Source: Vulcanimicrobiales bacterium (GTDB lineage Bacteria; Vulcanimicrobiota; Vulcanimicrobiia; Vulcanimicrobiales; Vulcanimicrobiaceae). Taken from it: a stretch of 64,000 bases of DNA. This document shows, piece by piece, positions 56,873-64,000 of the stretch (positions are counted from its first letter, which is position 1; the number at the start of each line of letters is the position of its first letter). The stretch covers positions 32,001 through 96,000 of the forward strand of contig JBBQQR010000002.1 of assembly GCA_038215615.1 (NCBI GenBank), written 5' to 3'. Made by a program: the position numbers and the translations under genes. Below the pieces are notes generated by a model that ran no database searches, was not told where the DNA came from, and saw nothing but the letters and a program-made list of their open reading frames with translations.

Positions 56873-56900
56873 CCGAATAATCTTCGGGAAAACTATTCTA
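56873..56900 (-). promoter_or_regulatory. -10 box plus palindromic operator candidate for the lrp-kdd-kamA operon
   Basis: Minus-strand TAGAAT at 56900-56895; CCGAA-TAATC-TTCGG at 56873-56887. Confidence 0.5.
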
Positions 56901-56966
56901 CTACCGGAGGACGTCCGGCGCAACAGCGTCGCGGGTTGGTCGGAACGCCCCCGAGAACGCCCTGCC

Positions 56967-58598
56967 ATGCGCAATCTCTGGGCCTTATGTATTGCGGGCG
57001 CGCTGCTGAGCGGCTGTTCGCGCAGCGGCGCGGGCTCTGCGGAGTCTCAGCCCAGCCCTCCGGCGCACCGCATGGCGAGCGCCGTCAGATTCGACTTGGC
57101 AGCCGATCCGAGCAATCTCAATCCGCTGTTCTTGCACCAGGACGCCTCGTCCGTCGAGCAGCAAGTGGCGCGGCTTTCGTTCGAACCTTTCATCGATTTC
57201 GATCCTGCGGGGCATGAGATTCCCGAGTTGCTTTCGCGCGTGCCCTCCCAAGCCAACGGCGACGTCTCTCGTGACGGGCGCACGATCGTTTACCGCTTGC
57301 GCCCGAACGTGCGTTGGAGCGACGGTGTTCCGGTGACGTCCGGCGATGTACTTTTTACGCTTCGCGCGATTCTCGACCCGGCCAACCCGGTGCCGTCACG
57401 AGAGGGCTACGACTTGATCGATCGTGCGCAGGCGCGCGGTCCGCTCGCCGTCGTCTTTCATTTGAAACGCGCGTGGGCGCCGGCCGTCGACACGTTCTTT
57501 TCCTACGGCTACCGTCCGCAGTTTGTCTTGCCGGCGCACGTTTTGCGCACACAGGAACCGCTCGGTCAGGCGCCGTTCAATGCCGCGCCAACCGTCGGCG
57601 ACGGACCCTACACGTTCGTTTCATGGCGGCGCGGAGAGTCGCTGCTCTACGTTGCTAACCCTCGGTACTGGCGCGGCGCTCCTCGCGCGCCACGGTTGGA
57701 TGTTCGCATCGTCCCCGATCCCGCGACGAACCTCGTATTGCTGCAGTCGCGCGAGCTCGATTGGAACCTGATCGCGCCCGTGCAGCAAAACGTATTGCGT
57801 TCACACCCCGAAATCGTCTACCGGTACGAGCCGACCAGCGTGGTGGCCGGCTTGGTCATGAACCTGTCGCGCGCTCCGCTGAACGATCTGCGCGTACGGC
57901 GCGCGCTCGCAATGTCAATCGATCGCCGCGCCATCAGCCGCAAAATTACGCTGGGCCGTTATCCCGTCACGGATGTACTCCAGCCGCTGTTCTCGTGGGC
58001 GGTCGATCCATCGGTGAAGGAACCGCAGTACGATCCGCGCGGCGCGGATGCGCTCCTAGATGCTGCCGGCTGGCGCCGCGGCTCCGACGGCATGCGCAGC
58101 AAGGCCGGCCAAGGGCTAACGCTTCTCTACGTTCAGTTCAAAGAGACCGCGACCGGGATGCGTGCCGCCACGATGGCGCAAGCGGAACTCCGGCAGCGCG
58201 GCATCGACGTGCAAATGAAAACGATCAGCAGCGCTCAGCTGTTCTTGCCGCGTACCGGCGTCTTGGCGAGCGGCAATTTCGATGTGGCCTACGTCCCTTT
58301 CACGATGGGATCCGATCCGGACGACTCTTCGATCTTGCGCTGCGGCGCGCCGAGCAACTACATGCGTTACTGTAATCGCGCGATTGACGCGCTCGAGACC
58401 GCTGCGCTGATGTCGCCGTCGCGCCCTGCGCGCAAAGTTTTGTACAGCCGGATCGAACGGCTGGTCGCTCGAGACGTTCCGATCGTGTACCTTTTCAATG
58501 CGAACTATATCTACGCTTACAGAAAAGCGTTGAACGGATTTTACCCCAACGCGTTCTTGCCGACGTGGAACGCGTACAGTTGGCATCTGGGGCAATGA
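56967..58598 (+). CDS. Peptide ABC transporter substrate-binding lipoprotein (family 5), orphan
   Basis: LLSGC lipobox, LRPNVRWSDG.PVT..DV.FT, G.GPY, NP.YW, D.RVRRAL. Confidence 0.9.
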   Translation: MRNLWALCIAGALLSGCSRSGAGSAESQPSPPAHRMASAVRFDLAADPSNLNPLFLHQDASSVEQQVARLSFEPFIDFDPAGHEIPELLSRVPSQANGDVSRDGRTIVYRLRPNVRWSDGVPVTSGDVLFTLRAILDPANPVPSREGYDLIDRAQARGPLAVVFHLKRAWAPAVDTFFSYGYRPQFVLPAHVLRTQEPLGQAPFNAAPTVGDGPYTFVSWRRGESLLYVANPRYWRGAPRAPRLDVRIVPDPATNLVLLQSRELDWNLIAPVQQNVLRSHPEIVYRYEPTSVVAGLVMNLSRAPLNDLRVRRALAMSIDRRAISRKITLGRYPVTDVLQPLFSWAVDPSVKEPQYDPRGADALLDAAGWRRGSDGMRSKAGQGLTLLYVQFKETATGMRAATMAQAELRQRGIDVQMKTISSAQLFLPRTGVLASGNFDVAYVPFTMGSDPDDSSILRCGAPSNYMRYCNRAIDALETAALMSPSRPARKVLYSRIERLVARDVPIVYLFNANYIYAYRKALNGFYPNAFLPTWNAYSWHLGQ

Positions 58599-58608
58599 AG
58601 GAGCAACC

Positions 58609-59142
58609 GTGATCGCAACGGCCATTCGCACCATTCTCACCAACCTCGAACTCGTGCTCATTATCGTGGCGATTGGCGTGACGATTCTCAAGCTGCGTCG
58701 GGCGAAGTTGCACCGGACCGTCATGACGCCCGGTTACACGCTCTGGGGCGAGTTGCTCTTCTACGGAGCCGGTTTCGGATTTTTATGGGCGGGAATTTTC
58801 CACGCGTTTTTTCAGCAGACTGCGGCATCGTCGATTGGGTGGCAGCCCAGTCCGTTCGAATGGGAGCTGGCGTGGGCGGAGTTCGGCGTCGCGCTGATCG
58901 CGCTACTCTCGCTCGGCCGCGGTTATGAGATGCGGTTGGCGGTGACTATAGTACTTTTCATGTTTTCAGCCGGCGCCGCGGTCCAGCACATTCATCAAAT
59001 GCTCTGCTGCCAGAACTACGCGCCTGGAAATGCCGGCACGATCCTCTGGATTAACGATATCGCGCTACCGCTGCTGCTGCTGTATTTGGCGTTCGCGTCA
59101 CGCGACGCATACGAACGCAGCATCCGCGCCGGTATACACTAA
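58609..59142 (+). CDS. Hypothetical membrane protein (DUF6790-like)
   Basis: A.SIGW..SPF.WE, H..Q....N.APGN.G..L..D; several TM helices. Confidence 0.65.
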   Translation: MIATAIRTILTNLELVLIIVAIGVTILKLRRAKLHRTVMTPGYTLWGELLFYGAGFGFLWAGIFHAFFQQTAASSIGWQPSPFEWELAWAEFGVALIALLSLGRGYEMRLAVTIVLFMFSAGAAVQHIHQMLCCQNYAPGNAGTILWINDIALPLLLLYLAFASRDAYERSIRAGIH

Positions 59143-59185
59143 ACGAAGCTCGTTTCGGCGTTAAATAAGCTAACTTGGCTGAGAG

Positions 59186-60592
59186 TTAGACGGCCTTAAC
59201 CGCCGAGACGAGTGAGTCGACGCTGGCTTTGGCGTCGCCGAAGAGCATCGCCGTCTTTGGATCCTCGTAGAGCGGGTTCTCAATGCCGGCGAATCCCGAG
59301 CGCATCGAACGCTTGAGCACGACGACGTTCGCGGCTTTGTCCACGTCGAGAATCGGCATGCCGTAAATCGGCGATGACGCCACGCTGCGCGCGGCGGGGT
59401 TGGTGACGTCGTTCGCGCCGATGACGAGTGCGACGTCGGTGCGCGCGAATTCGGGATTGACGTCGTCCATGTCGTAAAGCTGATTGTAAGGAACGTTAGC
59501 TTCGGCGAGCAGCACGTTCATGTGTCCCGGCATGCGGCCCGCGACCGGATGGATCGCATATTTTACGGTGACGCCACGCTTCTCGAGCTGGTCGGCGAGT
59601 TCGCGCACGCTGTGCTGCGCTTGCGCGACGGCCATGCCATATCCGGGTACCACGATCACTTGATGTGCGAAGGCGAGCATGACGGCGACGTCGTCAACCG
59701 TGACGCTGCGAATACTCTGCTGTCCGCCCTTGGCGGCGGCGACGTCCATTCCGCCGCTTGCGCCGAACGCGCCGAAGAGCACGTTGCGCAGCGGCCGGTT
59801 CATGGCTTTGCCCATCAGGATCGTGAGCATCGTGCCGCTCGCCCCGACCAGCGTACCCGCAATGATCAATAGGTTGTAGCGTAGCTCGAATCCGGTGATG
59901 GCGACTGCCAGCCCCGTGAATGAGTTAAGCAGCGAAATAACGACCGGCATATCTGCTCCGCCGATCGGCAGCACGAACATGACGCCGAGCACTAGCGCAA
60001 GCGCGACCATCACGCCGTACGCCCACGCCGGCTGGACGCCCAGGGAGATCATGATCCACGCGGCCAGCCCTGCAATGGCCAGTGCCACGATTCCGTTGAC
60101 GAATTGTTGTCCGCGGTACGTGACCGGACGGCCCGTCATCAGCTCTTGCAGCTTAAGGAAAGCAACGACCGAGCCGGCCGCGCTAACGGCGCCGATGATC
60201 GTGCTGATCACCAACGACACGTCGGTAAGAACGTCCAGCGGAGCGGCGTAGTGCGCGCGTTCGAACAGAAGATATTGCACGGTCGAAACGGCCGCGGCCG
60301 CGCCACCGCCCGCGCCGTTGAAGAGCGCGACCATCTGCGGCATCGCCGTCATCTTGACTTTGAGCGCCGAATAGAGCCCGACCGCCGTGCCGACGACGAC
60401 GCCCACGAGTATCGCCCACCAGCCGTAGCCATGCGACGGCGCGAGCGCGGCGATAATTGCAATCAGCATGCCGGCCCCCGCGAGCCGGTTTCCAAAGCGC
60501 GCCGTTGCGGGCGAGCTCAAGAAATGCAAACCGAGAATGAAGAGCGCGATTGCGGCGATCTCGGCAAGCCGGAGCAGAACGAAAGCGGTCAC
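59186..60592 (-). CDS. pntB: NAD(P)+ transhydrogenase subunit beta
   Basis: MT.MPQMVA.FN, IGGADMPVVIS.LNS, VPGYGMAVAQAQ, HPVAGRMPGHMNVLLAEA, GANDV.NP. Confidence 0.96.
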   Translation of the reverse strand: MTAFVLLRLAEIAAIALFILGLHFLSSPATARFGNRLAGAGMLIAIIAALAPSHGYGWWAILVGVVVGTAVGLYSALKVKMTAMPQMVALFNGAGGGAAAAVSTVQYLLFERAHYAAPLDVLTDVSLVISTIIGAVSAAGSVVAFLKLQELMTGRPVTYRGQQFVNGIVALAIAGLAAWIMISLGVQPAWAYGVMVALALVLGVMFVLPIGGADMPVVISLLNSFTGLAVAITGFELRYNLLIIAGTLVGASGTMLTILMGKAMNRPLRNVLFGAFGASGGMDVAAAKGGQQSIRSVTVDDVAVMLAFAHQVIVVPGYGMAVAQAQHSVRELADQLEKRGVTVKYAIHPVAGRMPGHMNVLLAEANVPYNQLYDMDDVNPEFARTDVALVIGANDVTNPAARSVASSPIYGMPILDVDKAANVVVLKRSMRSGFAGIENPLYEDPKTAMLFGDAKASVDSLVSAVKAV

Positions 60593-60912
60593 TTCTTCGC
60601 GGGCTCGCGTTTCTTGAACATCTGCAGCATCCGTTCGGTCACGGCGAAGCCGCCGACGACGTTGATCGTTCCAAGCGTGACCGCTACGATCGTGATGGCG
60701 GTCAGCAGCGGCGTCGCGAGCGCGTGTCCGGGGTCCAACAGTTTTACCGTAACGATGATCGCACCGACCAGCACGATTCCGTGAATGGCGTTGGTTGCCG
60801 ACATGAGCGGCGTATGCAACGTCGTCGGCACTTTAGAGATGACTTCGAAGCCGACGAAAATCGCGAGGACGAACACGGTCAACAATGCGAAAAATATAGA
60901 AAGTTCGCTCAC
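60589..60912 (-). CDS. pntA: NAD(P)+ transhydrogenase subunit alpha, part 2 (membrane)
   Basis: VP.TLHTPLMS.TNAIHG, INVVGGF.VT.RML.MF; GTG start at 60912. Confidence 0.93.
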   Translation of the reverse strand: MSELSIFFALLTVFVLAIFVGFEVISKVPTTLHTPLMSATNAIHGIVLVGAIIVTVKLLDPGHALATPLLTAITIVAVTLGTINVVGGFAVTERMLQMFKKREPAKK

Positions 60913-62051
60913 GTTGCAACTCCTGCGCCGAGCGCATCGATCGTCGGCTGATGCACGATTTCTCCGGCGCGCACGATCGTCGTGCCGCGCGCGATTTCGT
61001 CGGCCGGGTCGAGGTTCAGGGCGCCGTCTTTGATTAACGCGTCCAGCAAAGCTTGAACGTTGCGCGAATAGAGCTGCGAGGCGTGATACGGCATCGTTCC
61101 GGCTAGATTGGTTTGACCGATCACGTGCACGCCGTTCGGAGTGACGATCGTTTTGCCGGGAACGGTCAGCGCGCAATTGCCGCCGGCTTCGGCCGCAAGG
61201 TCGACGATGACCGAACCGGGACCCATCGCCGCGACGGCTTCCTGCGTGATAAGCAGCGGTGCGCGGCGTCCGGGAACCAGCGCGGTCGTGATCACGACGT
61301 CGGACGCACCGATGTGATCGACCATGAACTGGCGCTGCTTTTGAATTTGCTCGGGCGTCAGCTCTTTGGCGTAACCGCCGGCGCCTTCCGCGTCGGCGCC
61401 GAGATCGAATTCCAGAAATGTCGCGCCTAAGCTCTGCACTTGCTCTTTCACGACTGCGCGAGTGTCGTACGCGCTGACGACCGCTCCCAGCCGGCGCGCC
61501 GTCGCGATCGCTTGCAGCCCGGCGACGCCCGCGCCGAGGATCAAAACTTTTGCGGGCCGGATCGTTCCGGCGGCCGTTGTCAGCATCGGAAAAAACTTCG
61601 GGAGTTCGGATGCGGCAAGCAGCACGGCTTTATAGCCTGCGATGTTACTCTGCGAACTGAGCGCGTCCATGGCTTGCGCGCGCGTGATGCGCGGAATCGC
61701 GTCCATGGAGAGTGCCGTTATGCCCGCGCTTGCCAAGCGCCGAACGTAACCGGCATCGCCGAGCGGCGCGAGCAGACCCAGCAGCGCAGCCTTCTTGGGC
61801 ATAGCGGTTAGCACGGCATCGTCGGGCCGGCTGACGCCCAGCGCGAGATCGGCGCCGTCCAAAATTTGCGCGCGCTCGGCAACGGTCGCTCCGGCCTTGG
61901 TATAGAGGTCGTCGGGGAAGGCGGCGCGCTCGCCGGCGCCGTGTTCGACGTGCACGGCCATGCCATTCTTCACGAGCTTTGCGACGGTTTCGGGCACCAG
62001 CGCAACGCGAGTTTCGTTGGGCGCGGATTCTCGCAGCACGGCGATCTTCAT
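60909..62051 (-). CDS. pntA: NAD(P)+ transhydrogenase subunit alpha, part 1 (dI)
   Basis: ETRVAL.P, PRITRAQ.MDALSSQ, GAGVAGLQAI, GGYAK, DLAAE.GGNC. Confidence 0.95.
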   Translation of the reverse strand: MKIAVLRESAPNETRVALVPETVAKLVKNGMAVHVEHGAGERAAFPDDLYTKAGATVAERAQILDGADLALGVSRPDDAVLTAMPKKAALLGLLAPLGDAGYVRRLASAGITALSMDAIPRITRAQAMDALSSQSNIAGYKAVLLAASELPKFFPMLTTAAGTIRPAKVLILGAGVAGLQAIATARRLGAVVSAYDTRAVVKEQVQSLGATFLEFDLGADAEGAGGYAKELTPEQIQKQRQFMVDHIGASDVVITTALVPGRRAPLLITQEAVAAMGPGSVIVDLAAEAGGNCALTVPGKTIVTPNGVHVIGQTNLAGTMPYHASQLYSRNVQALLDALIKDGALNLDPADEIARGTTIVRAGEIVHQPTIDALGAGVAT

Positions 62052-62092
62052 CGGGCCGTCCGTTTCCATCCCGGGGAGCACAAACCTTCGCT

Positions 62093-62935
62093 TTAGATGA
62101 TGCGAATACGGTTGCGCAAGACGCCGATCTTTTCGATCTCGACTTCGACGTCGTCGCCGTCGCGGAGAAACTCCGGGGGGTTGCGCGCGAAGCCGACGCC
62201 CTCGGGCGTGCCGGTTGCAATCACGTCGCCGGGCTCGAGCGTCATGCCCTTGCTGAGCGACGCAATGAGTACCGGCAGCGAAAAAATCATGTTGGCCGTT
62301 GTGCTGCGCTGTTTCTCCGCGCCGTTGACGCGCAGCCCAATCGCGAGATCCTGGGTGTTTCCGAGTTCATCCGGCGACACGATCCACGGTCCCATGGGCG
62401 CAGCCGAGTCTAAACTCTTCCCCTTAAACCATTGTACGTGCGCGCGCTGGAGGTCGCGCGCGGTAAGATCGTTGAAGCACGTGTATCCAAAAACGGCATC
62501 GAGGGCTTCGGCTTCGCTGACATCTTTCACGCGCGATCCGATGATGACGGCGAGCTCTGCTTCCCAATCGTACTCGCTCGAAATTTTCGATGAAAATTCG
62601 AGCGTTTCTCCGGGCGAAGCGATCGCGGTCGGAGCTTTGGTGAAGAACGTCGGGACGTCCGGCAGATTCAGCTCTCGGCCGCTCTGCTGCGCGACTTCCA
62701 GCGCGTGATCTAAATAATTCCGGCCGACGCAAAAAATGTTCTTGTTCGGACGAACCGGCGCGGCGAGCGCTACACTCGATAGCAGGTAAAACTCTCGAAG
62801 CCTCATGTGCTCGCGCGCATCCAGCGGCAGCGCGATATACTCGAGCAGCGTGCTGCAGGCGATCGCGCCCACCCTGTCGCCGTCAAGGTACCCTGGACGA
62901 AGACGCCCTTCGTGCTCGAACGTTACGTACCGCAC
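62093..62935 (-). CDS. Fumarylacetoacetate hydrolase family protein
   Basis: CVGRNY..H, FTK, D.E.EL, ND.TARDLQ, W.KGKS.D, GDVI.TGTP.GVG. Confidence 0.93.
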   Translation of the reverse strand: MRYVTFEHEGRLRPGYLDGDRVGAIACSTLLEYIALPLDAREHMRLREFYLLSSVALAAPVRPNKNIFCVGRNYLDHALEVAQQSGRELNLPDVPTFFTKAPTAIASPGETLEFSSKISSEYDWEAELAVIIGSRVKDVSEAEALDAVFGYTCFNDLTARDLQRAHVQWFKGKSLDSAAPMGPWIVSPDELGNTQDLAIGLRVNGAEKQRSTTANMIFSLPVLIASLSKGMTLEPGDVIATGTPEGVGFARNPPEFLRDGDDVEVEIEKIGVLRNRIRII

Positions 62936-62942
62936 CTACAGT

Positions 62943-63500
62943 TTACGGATGGGGTGAGGGCGTAGGCTTGGCCCGCGACTTTTTGAGAGCTGCGTTGATG
63001 TCGGGAAGATTTGGATTTTCCGCGTTTTTCTTCTGCTGATCGGCCTTCAGCTTCGCGAGCGCAGCGGCCGCGGCTTGCGCTTCTTTCTTCGCGTCCGAAA
63101 CGATCTTGGTGGCCGCGCCGGGTTCGTCGGCCCAACCGCCGCCGCGTTTGAACAGCGTGAATGTCCTTCTTACTTTTTGAGTCTTGGGGTCGTAATTGTA
63201 ATTCACTTTATACAGTCCCACGACGGCCGTAATCGTGTTTCCGCGCTGCTCGCGAATCCACATCTGCAGCGCGTTGCCCATCGCCATCGTGTCGAAAGCC
63301 TGATCGCCCGAGAGCGTTCCGTGCAAGACGCGGACGACTTGACCGAGCCTGTTCACCTCGACCTGTAACTGCGCTGACAGCGGCTTGGATGGCAGCTTCG
63401 GCGACGGCAAAGGGGCCGGCGTCGACCCGGCAGCTGCCGCTAAGGGGAAAGCCAAGAGAGCGGCTGCGAGCGCAGCCACGCAATACAGTTTGGAAAGCAT
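62943..63500 (-). CDS. Exported hypothetical protein with TonB C-terminal-like segment
   Basis: Signal peptide (MLSKLYC...), Pro-rich linker, VEVN..GQV..V....SGD.AFD..A; start uncertain (63500-63584). Confidence 0.5.
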   Translation of the reverse strand: MLSKLYCVAALAAALLAFPLAAAAGSTPAPLPSPKLPSKPLSAQLQVEVNRLGQVVRVLHGTLSGDQAFDTMAMGNALQMWIREQRGNTITAVVGLYKVNYNYDPKTQKVRRTFTLFKRGGGWADEPGAATKIVSDAKKEAQAAAAALAKLKADQQKKNAENPNLPDINAALKKSRAKPTPSPHP

Positions 63501-63637
63501 CGAACGTTCTTCGCCGCCCGAGCGCAGGCGCCTCATGCCGCCACCGTCGAAAGCCGAGCGCTCATGTCTGGTTGTCTCTTCCATGCCGGTTCTAACGTAC
63601 CGGCCGCTTTCGTCGTTCCATACACCGGCCTTCCTTA

Positions 63638-64000
<363 letters not shown>

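Noticed and set aside
59186..62051. Split pntA as a pseudogene
   Set aside because: Three-subunit transhydrogenases are well known; both parts are intact and translationally coupled

Overview
GC-rich, densely packed bacterial chromosomal window of about 66 CDS, mostly housekeeping. Gene content and the apparently leaderless starts suggest Candidatus Eremiobacterota (Vulcanimicrobiota/WPS-2), but that is inference. Contents in order: a partial GT4; recQ; dnaX-ybaB-recR; a class III cyclase-STAND-TPR protein; a MoxR/DUF58/DUF4350/DUF4129/RDD/SpoIIM cluster; a BepA-like M48 protease; minC-minD-minD-minE with a 3-gene islet before rodA-rne; ftsE-ftsX-(sensor-less kinase, REC-GGDEF)-M23-ctp-ctp; a DsrE-like protein plus TsdA; a single-chain lipoyl-E2-E1 2-oxoglutarate dehydrogenase; an OmpR/BaeS-type pair; lrp-kdd-kamA; split pntA-pntB; and the 5' part of polA. 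I found no rRNA, tRNA, CRISPR array or transposase. Best leads: (1) a signalling cassette embedded in the FtsEX-hydrolase-Ctp operon; (2) two possible thiosulfate dehydrogenase types in tandem; (3) the lipoyl-bearing E2-E1 fusion, which carries a REP-like sequence in its linker; (4) a nuclease/small acidic protein islet whose two ribosome-binding sites form one inverted repeat; (5) DnaA-like boxes before a duplicated minD operon; (6) a structured rne leader, followed by a HAD gene with no canonical start codon; (7) recurrent single-arginine Tat-like signal peptides. All family assignments come from motifs read by eye; no database search was run.
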